Origin: Takakia lepidozioides
Lineage: Eukaryota; Plantae; Bryophyta
Direction: 5' to 3'
NCBI GenBank assembly: GCA_030704615.1
Contig: CM060731.1
Span: 22,134,001-22,198,000 of the forward strand
DNA: 64,000 bases
Below, piece by piece: positions 35,991-47,964 of the stretch. Numbering within the stretch: position 1 is the first letter of the stretch; every line of letters begins with the position of its first letter. A model generated the notes under the pieces. It was given only the letters and a program-made list of their open reading frames with translations, had not been told where the DNA came from and ran no database searches. A program made the position numbers and the translations under genes.

Positions 35991-36639
35991 GTGCTCCCGA
36001 TATCCAATTACATATCCACTTGAAATGCACAGTACACAACACTTTGAACTCTGAATTGGATGGATCCCTTACTATATTCTTTTCAACCACCCTCATGTAC
36101 ACTCCTAACTCACAACCAGTTTGCTCAGTTCACATCCTCACAAAGCAAATAATAAATTAGGAGGAGATGTGTTTATCTGCACAAACTACCAGCTACAAGC
36201 TTGTTACAAAGTCAAGATGGTGCTACGTCAACAAAACGGAATTTATGGAAGTCGACGCCAAACAAGTAGGTTCAATAATTATTCATACCTTGATCGTCAT
36301 TTACCCTTGATTCTAAAGATATACCCTCGACTAGTTAGGGTATATTGTACCCCATTGATGCAGGTAAGTGCAAATCTAGGATATATCATAAAGATATATA
36401 ACCTTATAAAAGGGTCTACATCGGATCCTAGAACCTGCCACATCAGGTTATATATTTGGATGTATACCCGGATATTCTGGGTAAATCACATACCCGCCCA
36501 ACACTGGTGTAAACTCTCCGGGGTTACACTGGGTTATTGTTGGGTCCAGTGTAACTCCACTCGGGGTTACACAGGCCTAGATGACACCACTCTGGGGTTA
36601 CACCAGTCTGGGGTGACATTACCCTTGGTTATTACCAAA

Positions 36640-36725
36640 GGATACAATAGCCTCCGATCAAGAATCGAACCCAAAATCTTGCAGCTTGCATATAATCACC
36701 TTACCAACACACTAACTCACCACTA
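36640..36725 (-). mobile_element. Degenerate tRNA-derived SINE head
   Basis: Minus strand reads ...GTTGGTAAGGTG...GGGTTCGATTCTTG (B-box). Confidence 0.35.
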
Positions 36726-37235
36726 CTTGACACACTCTTGGATTCTTAACGGCTATGTGTTGCTCTGCACTACTGCTGACAACTTCTAGTTAAGAACAAT
36801 GTTCCTTTCGATTGGAAATATGTTTTATGTAAAAAAATTAGGAACAATGTAAAAATATGTTATAACATAGGCATATGATGTAACGTTATATTTCGCTAGA
36901 TTTAGGCGACGTGGGCTCTTCTGGTAGGTCCCCTATCAAATCTTCCGGAGCATGAATAGGGTACCATAGTGCCATATCATCGCCGTCATTTGCTTAAATC
37001 TGCACGGACTGTCCAAAAATTTAAGAGATGAAAATAGAACTGAATTAAGAAAATCGTTTTTTCCAAATCTGTCTATTAATATTTCTTTATTTATTTATTT
37101 TCTTCACATATTCAGTAAATATTTAGCACTTCCAAATATTATGATTTGGTGGCAAACACGTTTTAATTTACTAATATTCTATGATAATACATGTAAATAA
37201 GAGAATGATAATAGGCCTCTCATTGTTTAATAATA

Positions 37236-37848
37236 GGGTCATGAATGCACGGGCGGCCCCCGCCAGTACGACCCTTGGGGTGAGCTCATAAGCCCACCGC
37301 CCATTCACAGGGTCGGCGAGATTCTGAAATTTTTCTAAGTCCTTGTTAATCTACCGTGGCGGACCTTCTAGCGGACTGGGCAGACCCTCCAACAGACCGA
37401 CTCCAACCTTCTAGTAGACCCTCCAGACCGACGAGCGGACGGGCACCTCTCCAGCAGACTTGGAAGACCCTCCAAGCAGACCCCCCATCAGCAGACCGGC
37501 AGACCCTTCGACAAAATATATAATTAATAACACACGTTACTGCCACGATACAATGTAAACAAGATTTAAACACCACACCTTGTGTTTATTATTCATTGCT
37601 CTTAATCACCACACTACCACCCGCTTTCCACAAATCCTTGCAATAACTAATGCTTTATGTGCATATTGTGGGCCCCAACAGACTAGCTCATGTGTTTTGT
37701 GGGCCTAGTAAACCCGCTTGCCGGGCAGACCCCGCAGCAGACCCCGCAACAGACTGGCGGGGTCCGGGTAAGGGCGCTCCCACCCTCTGCTACCCCCTCT
37801 GCCACACGCGGGCCCCGCTGCAGCCACATGTGCGGGCATTCATGACCC
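37236..37848. mobile_element. MITE
   Basis: TIR GGGTCATGAATGC...GCATTCATGACCC flanked by TA. Imperfect inverted symmetry extends about 20 bp further out. Internal CAGACCC repeats. Confidence 0.75.
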
Positions 37849-38310
37849 TATTATTGTTAAATGAGAAGCCGGTAATAGCCAATGAAATGTAAATACTCTT
37901 AGTATTGAATTTTTGTCTCTTGCTATATTTTAAACAGTTAAAAATGTAGACCTATTAGTAAATTATAATTACACATCAATAGAATAAAATAAATTCATAT
38001 TAAAATGAAATGAATATCAACACCGTTCATACGTTCATACACCCAAAAACATTATTACTGCAAAAAGATAAAACAAAAAAAAGATAAGAACAACGCATAA
38101 ACTAGAAAACACTAGGAACAATGTATGAACTTAATGCATACGTGTGGTCTCAAGACGTTACATTGGTTCTCTGGGATATTGAATCTTTTTCATTTAAAAA
38201 AAAAAAGTAAAGAAAGATAAACACATGGGAGCAACAGCTCACAAGGCATTTTACCCCCTTTAATTTTTTCTTTTCTTAAAAAGTTGTAGCCTAGTAGTAA
38301 TGGGCACATT

Positions 38311-38547
38311 GCACATCAGCTCAGCTGGTAAGTGCACAGTGTGTCGCACTGGTGGTTCGGGGTTCAAACCCGCTGCCCTGCCTGGTGTATGGATTTGTCG
38401 TGACCGGTTGGTCTGGTGGTGACGTTTCCCACCTGTGTGCCTAAATGGCTTATCTGAAAGGGGGTTAATTTCCCCCCCCTCCTCAAGGGCCTGAATTGTG
38501 AGCAGTCACTCCCAGGTTTCCTTTAAAAAAATAAAAAATAGAAAAAA
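38311..38547 (+). mobile_element. tRNA-derived SINE with TSD
   Basis: A-box AGCTCAGCTGG, B-box GGTTCAAACCC, A-rich tail and 12-bp TSD AATGGGCACATT (38299-38310 and 38548-38559). Confidence 0.88.
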
Positions 38548-39068
38548 AATGGGCACATTCCGCACAGACTGTCTACGAGTGTTTTTAAATCTCGCAAAAA
38601 ATCGCAAGATTTTGACCTGGAAAATGGGTCAGCTACTTTCACAAAGGAATTATGGGAGTAAAAATAAAAAAATTCGCCAGAAAGTGCCAACGGTTAAGTA
38701 TCAGGAGCCAGATTTTTCCTACATAGACCTGTTCAAATGTGACATCTAACCCTGCCACCTCGTTATTATAGCCACATGCAGAATTTACATGTGGCCCTTG
38801 TGGCGATTTTGGAAAAATGAGAAAAAAAGCCACTGCTGTTTCACAATCCCACATAGACTGTCTCTGTGGGTCCACCATCCCACCGGTTGCCGTCTCAAAG
38901 GTGTCCACCTTCCCGTCCATCCCACTGATTGGTGTCCTGATACACCATAATATACGCCTCTTTTAGGGAGGCATAGTACTTCACTATACCTTATTTTTAT
39001 TCTATTTTCCAAAGGGAAACACCCTTGATCATTCACAAATCAGGCCCATAGTGAGAGGAGATAATAAC

Positions 39069-39371
39069 CAGTGTTGCGCGGATATTTGTTTCAGCCTCAA
39101 ACCCCCAACCCGGATATATATATATATATATAGGCCGGAGGTAAAAAAAAATCAAATATCCACCTCCGTTAAGAACTGCCGGATATGAAGAGATGGCATA
39201 ACCGGATCCGGTTGAGACCCGGTGGTTTTGTAATTTTCTTAAATTTGATGTGAACCGGAACTAGTGGTCCAAAAGAAGCAGGTTATGAACCCATACATTC
39301 GGCATTTAAACCGGAGGTGAAATATCCGTAACCGGCTGATATGAAAAAAATCAAATACCCACACAACACTG
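39069..39371. mobile_element. Non-autonomous hAT MITE
   Basis: TIR CAGTGTTG...CAACACTG, 8-bp TSD ATAATAAC and internal CCGG-rich subterminal motifs. Confidence 0.88.
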
Positions 39372-40468
39372 ATAATAACCTCTTTCATAGTAACCTCACC
39401 ATCAGAAGCACAAGGCTCATGGGACACTGCCCAAGGAAATGGGGTGAAGATCATACCACACCCCACAAGACAAGGTAGGCCCTGTAGGCTAATGGGTTAA
39501 GGGCTGAGTTGTGAGCAGTGGCTCTATGTATGCAGTAGACAAAGTACCCAAATCCATACAAGGATTACATACTGAATGGTGGACGGAGCACACTGAAGAA
39601 GAATGGGGTGGGGGAAAGAGGAAGGCAAGTGGGAGTTGTGCGCACCCTTTGCTACTAATGGAAATATTCTTGAATGTGCAGCGCCAGCGAAGATCATGTT
39701 CGCCCAAAATATCTAGTACTCAGCCCCGTGGATCTGCCATATAAAGTATTTAAAGTATCACGGCAAGTTCCTTGTACTTAGTGTGGCATTGCCCGGCAGT
39801 ATCTATCACGAATGCCTCGAAACAGCAGTCACACGCGCATATACCACATCTTTCACCCTCGTGGTCCAGTTCCTCACTCTAAGTTACAAGCCACCCCATA
39901 CCCCAAACTGGGCAGTTGGGTACTAGTCAAATCTACTAGTCAAATCTATGGAAGCAAGCTATTCATTACTCTCAACCCTCATGAACGAGGTGTTGGGCAG
40001 GAAAGCAAGTGAACCAAAAGAAATTAAATAAGTACCAATAGTTAAATAGATGGTATGTCAGTAGCCTGCTAAAGACGGTTGGACTGGGGGTTGCAAGTGG
40101 GTAGACAGGTGTTATGGAGGGGACGAAGTCGAAAATGGCAGCACCCATCTTCTTGGAAGGCTCGAGAGCCGCTAGGATCGAAAGTGCATATAAACGAGGG
40201 GGGGGGCGCTGTGTTAGAATAGGTAATGGGAAGGAGGGGTGAGATATAAGTTAGCGGTTATTATCCAGAGGCGCTCAGTGAGCTCAGAGACAGCAGCCAC
40301 GTTTCTCAGTCTCGGCCGTCGGACGTTCGCCGACCTTCGACATTGCTGCTTTGTGAGTGTGGGGGTCTGTTTGTGTTTCATTTGGATATGTTTTGAGCTT
40401 GTGTGATCAGCAGAGCTGTTGGCATTCATTTCTCGCCCACCCATCTTCTCCAAATACTTTAATTGCTG

Positions 40469-43370
40469 ATGGAAATGTCCGTGTGCCCATCATGCTATCT
40501 AAGAGTTTCGCCTAGTGCTGTTTCTCGTCTCACCTCTGCTCATAACTTGAGCTATGGCTTTCCCTCTCATGCGCCCTCGATCTGGTCGAATGTTCAATTG
40601 GGTAATGCAGGCTTATCTCAGAGTAGATTGACGAGTCGCACGACACTTCCCCGTGAATATCGAAGGAGGGGAGGAATGATGGGAGCAACGAGCGTGGTGG
40701 GTGCGCCTCCTGTTGAAGTGGGAAGAGAAATTGATGGAGGTCAGAAAGTCGGACAAACAGAGACTGTTGTGATAGTGGGCGCTGGGATCGCCGGCCTTGC
40801 CATAGCCCTCGGCTTGCACAGGTTTGATGATCTCCTTCTCTCCAATTTGGGTGAACATTCATTAATCTGGTCTGTCAATTTAGCTGTGGGGAAGCTCAGG
40901 GGATGATGTAGGCGCAAATCTTTTCTCGTTTGTAACAAGGAAAACATATACTAGCACAGGCAACGATGCAGAATTGCTGCATCTTATGGAGCCAAAAATC
41001 AACCAATTTGTGGACAAACTACTAAATCTGTATGGATGGTAGCACCTCGTACTGCTGGACCCTTTGGTCGCTTCCCGTACAAAAGTTTTATAAGTGCGAG
41101 ATGAAACAGGGTAGGAGTGAAGTCGCTGGTGCTGGAACAGGCGAGCTCAATGCGGCAGGAAGGCACCTCTCTTGGTATCTTCCCAAACGGATGGCGTGCC
41201 CTTGATGCTCTGGGAGTGGCAGACCAGCTTCGACCTCAACACACTCTTATTACGGGGTACTTTTCTCATTGTACCTTCCGTATCTTTCTTAGCTTTCCAG
41301 TGATAAGCGATGCATGTGGCATTCCCATCAATGCTTAACTTTGTTATCAGACAATCCTATACAACACAATTTTTTTTGACTAAGGTTCATAGACATTGAG
41401 GAGAGAATGTGCTTGAATTTGGGGGTGCAGAGGTAGGTTCCGTGCTATGGACGGGAAAGTGTTGACCGAGTATGACTTCACGAATGAGCCAGGAGGGTGA
41501 GTATGTAAACTTTTCTGCTTGTGTTGAAGCTACAACTGTTGGCTCTGCTGTAAACAGACAGTGCATCCAGTGTCCAGTAATTTGTGCATTTTGTGAGGCA
41601 TGCTAAATTTTCAGGAGGGTCACACTTCTGCACTAATACACTATGGCAGCCTGGTCTCATGAAAGGCTTAATCCTACTGTATTCAATGTTGTTGTTGTTT
41701 TTTGCTTCATGACAATCTCTATAGCCCTCAGTACGATAAGGTACCTAGTTGACCTGAAATGGGCTGATCACCAGGCCACATGAGTTGCGGGGGGTGATGC
41801 GGAGGGCATTGTTGGAGGCACTTGCTGAGCCATTACCACCTGGCACGATTCGATTCAATGCTCGTGTGAAAGGAATTCACAAACCAAGGGAGTTGCAGGG
41901 CCTGACTCAATTGGAGCTAGAGGATGGCACCACTATTGCAACTAAGGTGCTCACTGGCCTGCTACTGACTGTGTAGCAAAGAGAAGGGAGAGAGTTCAAA
42001 ATCCAGTGCCATAATCTTCACTCTAATTTAAGTCCTTCTCTACCGAGCTCATGGTTAGCCATGATCATGGCTGATTCTGTTTATGATGTAGCTGCTTTGC
42101 TGACCTTTGGATGATATGTTATGCAGGTTCTGGTCGGTTGTGATGGAGTTCGCTCTGTGGTTGGCTCATGGCTAGGGCTCCGGGAGTCCAGTCCTGTTGG
42201 GCAGGTAGGGACGCGAGGAATGGCAGTCTATGAGGAGGGGCATGCATTTGAATCTACATTGGCTCATGGTCTAGGGCTACGGGGAGTCCAGTCTGTTGCC
42301 GGCAGGTAGGGACGCGAGGAATGGCAGTCTATGAGGAGGGGGCATGCATTTGAATCTACATTCCAACAGATTCTGGGCGCTGGTCATTTCTCCTCCTCTA
42401 TGGACATGGATCTCTTCTTCTTTGCAGCCGCTTTTTGTGCACGTTTCCCCATTGCTCCTGGACTTGCTATCAAAATGATCACTAGAACTTCGGATCATCT
42501 ACAGCCAAGTTTTACCAGAGGGTTTATGCTACAGATAGAATGTTTCCAAGCGCTTTCTATCCCTTAGGCAGTTCTCCATTAGTGTAGTACTTCAAATCCT
42601 TGATTGACATAGATGGTTGTGGCTAGTTCTCTGCACACCGTCACATCACGGCAATCATTGTCAGCACTGCCACAGCCACTTACAGGAGTGCCGCATCTGT
42701 AGGGGGTTACACAATAATGAGATGAAAGGAGGTGAAACTGACATGTAGGTGATACCCAGTTACCATGAAGTGGATACAACTTGTTGCAGAGAAACTGAGA
42801 TTTCTTTGCACTGCAAATGGGCAATGGTTGGCAGCTCATAAATTTACAGACCCACAACTTATCAAGGAGGAGGCTTTGAAGCTTGTAGAAGGCTGGCACA
42901 GCGACATCCTAGACTGTATTCACAGGACCCCCTTGGCTGTCTTGAGTCGAAGTACGTTAGGTGATCGTTGGTCTCTTCCTCTTATAACGCCTCCAGCTGC
43001 GAAGGATGGGGTGACAGTGGCTGGTGATGCATTGCACCCAATGACGCCGAACATTGGGCAGGGTGGTAACCTTTGTCTGGAAGATGCTGTCATTCTTGTT
43101 CAAAAGCTCTCTCAAGCCCTCAATGTCCAGGCGGAAGCTCCCGCTGAGCTGAAAAATCTGGCAGCAGCCTTGTCCGCCTACCAAAAAGAACGGTGGTCTC
43201 GGAGTTTTTCACTGACTATGAAAGCACACATGGCTGGCAGCTTTCTAGGATCGAATCTAGCTCCCATCTGTTATATTCGTGACAAATTTGTTGTGCCGAA
43301 GCTTATTGGGGCTACAGCATTTTTAAGTCACACACGATTTGACTGTGGGAAGCTCCCTTCACCACCTTAA
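40469..43370 (+). CDS. FAD-dependent monooxygenase (plant MO1/MO2-like), probable plastid transit peptide; possibly disrupted
   Basis: VVIVGAGIAGLA (GxGxxG), VLEQASSMRQEGT, VLVGCDGVRSVV (DG motif) and VAGDALHPMTPNIGQGG (GD motif). Exons at about 40469-40821, 41111-41256, 41437-41496, 41775-41946, 42128-42380 and 42835-43370. Exon 5 contains a tandem duplication. Confidence 0.85.
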
Positions 43371-43699
43371 GTGAATAGTTGGTGTGCAAAGCTTGAGCTC
43401 TGGTTTTTCCATTGCTATGACATTTGGGATATTAGATATACTGATACACACACAGTCACATAGACCTGCATATGGACTTTAAAGGCAGAGTATTAGATCA
43501 TATTTCACAATTCAACAGAAGTGGCTACGTTTCACAGCTTGTAGAATAGCCCATCATGTCCAGGAAATATCCTTCTCATCTAGTATATGAATACCCAAAG
43601 TTAAAGTGTAGTACAAAAAAAACATTTTCTTCTCTAAGTAATTGATGAGTACACATCTTGCCATTCTACAGGTAACAACATGAACATAAACTGCAAACA

Positions 43700-45900
43700 T
43701 GAATATGCACAGAAATGACCATTGGTCACTAAATGGACTGGCCTAAGGCATATCAATCCTTGTTCCCAACTGTGTCAAGAGAAAAGTCGGAATATATTTG
43801 CCCTAGCTCCATATCTTAGCGTAATCAAAGGATATTAGACAAACCTAAATCTCTCAAACACCTAAACAAGGCCAAAGTTACAACGCCGTTTGTATCCTCT
43901 GGTTAAGCCCCCCACCACTGCCAACCAGAACAACCTGCACAATCCTCCAAACTTCCAACCTGTAGCCCCTCATTCAGCAAACCTTTAACCACACCGAGTC
44001 CATGAAAAATAGACATCCCTTCTGAGAGGCTCCTTGCAGTACTAACATCCAAGAGATTGTACTCATAAGAGTTTATGTGCGGTAGCCTTGGCCTTAGACG
44101 CCGCGCCCAATTTGGACAGAAACGTAGGGAATAGGCACTACCTTTGTGAGGGGCTCACTCCAGCTGTGTGACTTAACCTTGGTTCAGGCTTTTTAGATAT
44201 CCTCTTCGCACAAGCATCAATCTGCTGTGTGTGAGCAGCCCAAAAGGTAGACATCGACATGGCCAGGGTTGTAGGCTCAGCCTCGAGATTTTGCATGTTG
44301 CTGAACAAAGGTATGTTCTCAATGTTTCTGAAGAGGGTCACTCTCTGGCAACAATGTATCAAAAAATGGATATTGTCTTCAGGTTGCCTGCACATTGGGC
44401 AATTACAATCTCCTTTTCTTCTTTGCATCTGTTTTTTGTTTGAAGGTAGGCTCCCTGCCCACAAGAGAGTCCAATAGGATGGTCCTTCAATACACACAAG
44501 GAATGGACAGTCTTAGGTCTACAATGAATTGATTCATGTAACTTACCATCATAGGAAAATCCTAGTGAAGGCTCTCCTGCACTGATGTGGAATTTCTGCA
44601 TGCCTCCACTTGAACTCCATCCATCACCATAAGTATTCACCAGCATTTATTCGGGCTCCACAAACACCTGTGGATAAATCAGCCCGGTCGTTGGGTGGGC
44701 TAGTAAAAATATCAAATTTAAAAAGCAAATTTATTAGGAGCAGTAGAGATACCAAGGCAGACAACCATATATCATCAATGCTTTTTTCCATGTCAGGTTC
44801 TCGACCAGCCAAACAGTCATGTCCGGCCGATTTCCTCAAGGTTTGTTGGAAACACAACTACCGGTGGCAAAGCCATAAATGCAAGATCATCATCGATTTG
44901 ATCTTTACCTCGGCGGCCGCAAGAGTGTCATAGGGTTTGCTGTCTCGCACGTCGATCACCCCAATGCCTGTGATTTTCTGTACCCCTATCGCTGTAGCCA
45001 CTAGACTCTGCAGATCCCACATCTTTCACAGATAATGCTTATTGCTAAACTTTATACCTTCAACTTATTGATGGAAGAAGCCACTGTCAGATTTGTACCA
45101 ACAGCATAAAAAAAATCCGTAAAGTGATTTGTATGGTTTTTTTCAGCAATTGAATGTTCAAAGGGCATGCCATATAGGTCCACACATCCTACTGACAGAC
45201 TTCAATCAGCTGCATAGAGAAAGAAAGGAAGTAACCCACACCAGATTGAAGTCAGTTGAGGCAAATGGCTCCAATTGTGGCACTATCTGCATCAGCTCCT
45301 CTCAGCCCCAACTCCATGTTAGATGCTATGTTGACGTGAGAAGAAAAATGGGTCCAATAGCCTCCTATTAAAACCATAGACTTTCCAGGACCAAAACATG
45401 ACACAAAAGGTTAGAAATACTACATCCAGGTCTCTTTGTGCTCACTCCCAGTTGAGTAAGGGTTACTTTATTTTTCATTTGGTAGAGCCACGGATGGAGA
45501 GCGATCAAAACAGTAACAAACAGAGATGAGGGGCCCTACATATGAAGAAAAGATGCCTTGTACTTGGACAGGTCAAAAGCATAAACAATGAAAACTAGAG
45601 TGTCAAGCATTGACAGTTTTGACTTTTAAGGTGTCACCTCCCATATGGAAGGCAGTAGTACATTGTGAAAGAAACAAAGCAAGCAAATTTTAATGTTATA
45701 AGAAGGGTGTACACACCATAGTCCATAGGCCATTCACAACTATGGCTCGTGGGACACCCTGGGCATCATCCTGTGACATGGAGATCTGGAGGGGTCCAAT
45801 CGGGCGCTCAGTCTGGTTGGTAACACTTAATCGAACCTGCCAACCACTCAAAAACATCAGTAACTTCTTATGACCATGCCTATATCCAATCATAGGTCAA
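43700..45900 (-). mobile_element. Degenerate LINE (L1-like) ORF2 3' remnant
   Basis: zf-RVT-like CPMCRQPEDNIHFLIHC and W-rich fragments, heavily decayed. Confidence 0.45.
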
Positions 45901-45929
45901 GAAACTCAACGAGTGGTGGAGGATTCTCG

Positions 45930-46242
45930 AATTATTACCATAATATGTTTTTGGAAGAATAATCCATGAAAAGAAAGTTACATAACCCAGCCTTATAAAT
46001 GGATTAGCACCATAAGATGTTTCTATCTAGAGTCTCAGGGTTACTTTCAACTCCAACCATCTTCATTTTCACTCTACTACCATAATGCCAATAGAGCATG
46101 TAGGTTTTTGGAAAAATTACTCATGAAAGGAAAGTTACAAAACCCAGCCTTATAAATGTATTAGCCCAGTCATGAACCACAAGATGTTCCTATCTAGAGT
46201 CTCAGGGCTAGTTTCAACTCCAACCAATCTTTATTTTCACTC
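45930..46242 (+). repeat. Tandem duplication of about 150-165 bp
   Basis: AAAGTTACA.AACCCAGCCTTATAAATG.ATTAGC...CTATCTAGAGTCTCAGGG...TTCAACTCCAACCA occurs twice. Confidence 0.8.
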
Positions 46243-47552
46243 TAATCCAGCTGCAAGCTTTGAAGGTAGAAAGAGATTTTAACACAGGAAAATTCAACTT
46301 GCCTAAGGATCACACCAAGATAGCAGAACTCAATCAGCCTAGGTATCCAGCAGCTGATGTCCAGCAAGGGTTTATTTTGGTATTTCTTGAGAGCTATTAG
46401 CAGTTGGAGAGCACAGTTTGGTTTTGATTCCATGGTTTCCTGAGTGTTTGAGGAGCCAATATACCACCATTACCTCCCTCAACACATTACATGTGAAGCG
46501 CAAGGCAGCTGCAGGCTCGAGTCTTTCAACAGCTTGAAAAAAGATATGCACTGTGTCTCATTGTAAAAGCATCCTGACTGATTTATTTGGCCTGGGCAGA
46601 ATGTTGAGTCCTGCTACTGCCATCTAACATACATGAACAACTTAATCCCATTGCAACGGTAGATTGGCCCATAGAAGGGATTTAACTAGCACACAGGCTA
46701 CTAAACTAATTTGAATCAGATAACCAAAAAACCTGGTGTCAACTTTTGGATAGAACTTGCCAGGAAAGGTCGCTCAAGAAGTATACGAGAAGGCAATTCC
46801 ACAATTCGCAGATTCACATCCTTGCGTGATACGGGCTGCATGTCAAGTGTCACCCCCGAGCCATCACCATACCCCAATTTCATCATTCTGTCTATTTATG
46901 AGGATGGCAAATTCTCAACCATACGAAGAGGCTGCAACAGACTTCTTTCCATACTAGTGTTGATCAGTACACACCACATCCCCGCAATCCTGATTCCATT
47001 CCCCTGCCCTTACTGAGATTAGAATGGTACACCTAAACCTTTGAGAATCTTACAGTCACACTCAAAAAAGCTTTTAAACGATATCAAGAAAGTTGACTTG
47101 ATAAGTATCTGAAGCGTCTCCACTGGCAAGCATCCACAAATCTGCAAGCAGCGCAACCTAACTCACTGGCAGTTAAACGAGGGGACCTACTAGAGCTGTG
47201 ACACATAGAAAGAATATGCTAGACACAAGTGATTGCTAGGGCTCACATTGCCAAGTATCTGTTGAGTCTGCAGGCGGCCAGGTTCCCCAAGGGTGGTACG
47301 CCACATAATCTCTAGCTTGCCAAGAGCATTACTGCCCTCTGCCTTTGCTGCCAAGGGCGATCCTGTTGGCCGACTCAGTTGGTAGAGAAAGTGCCTGGTT
47401 CCCCCATTTGCTCGAACTACCTTGATCTGCTTTAATAGCCCACTGCAGCTGACCAATCAGAAGTCAGTCCCCCATCGATTTAACAAAACGGGCCTATACC
47501 CAATCAATTTTAGAGCTGTCCCTGTATCTCTGCATGTGGGTTTTCATAACCA

Positions 47553-47964
47553 CTAGGGTAGCATGTGCCGTTGGCCCAAGTGTCCAATGTCATCTAAGTC
47601 CAAGTGCAATCCCCTATGTATCCAAGTGCATCTCCTATGTCGAGGTCCATGTGTGAAGAATGGATATCAATATACTAAAATGAAGTTGGATGTTTGTTTA
47701 GTTACATGAATTTATTGAGTAGTAATATATCCAATCATTTTCCAGGAAAACCCACTTTGCTATTTTTCACGAATTTCCGGCGACCAAAAGTACTTGAAAT
47801 TCCATATCCTCCCACACCGCAGGTCCAAAATTATGAGACCAAGTCGGTGTGCCCCTCCTCATGGAGGGCTTTCCAACGGTACCAAGCACCAGGGCTGGGG
47901 CCCCCGGTTTGGGAGATCTGAACGCTACAAACAAACAAACAAACTACCTTGCTTCATATATTGA
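47553..47964 (-). mobile_element. Non-autonomous Helitron
   Basis: Minus strand begins A|TCAATATATGAAG...(TTTG)n and ends GC-rich GGGCCAACGGCACATGCTACC-CTAG|T. It is inserted between A and T with no TSD. Confidence 0.7.

Noticed and set aside
36121-36789. 222-aa ORF
   Set aside because: Runs through GGGGTTACAC repeats and a SINE head with no protein motifs, so it is likely spurious.
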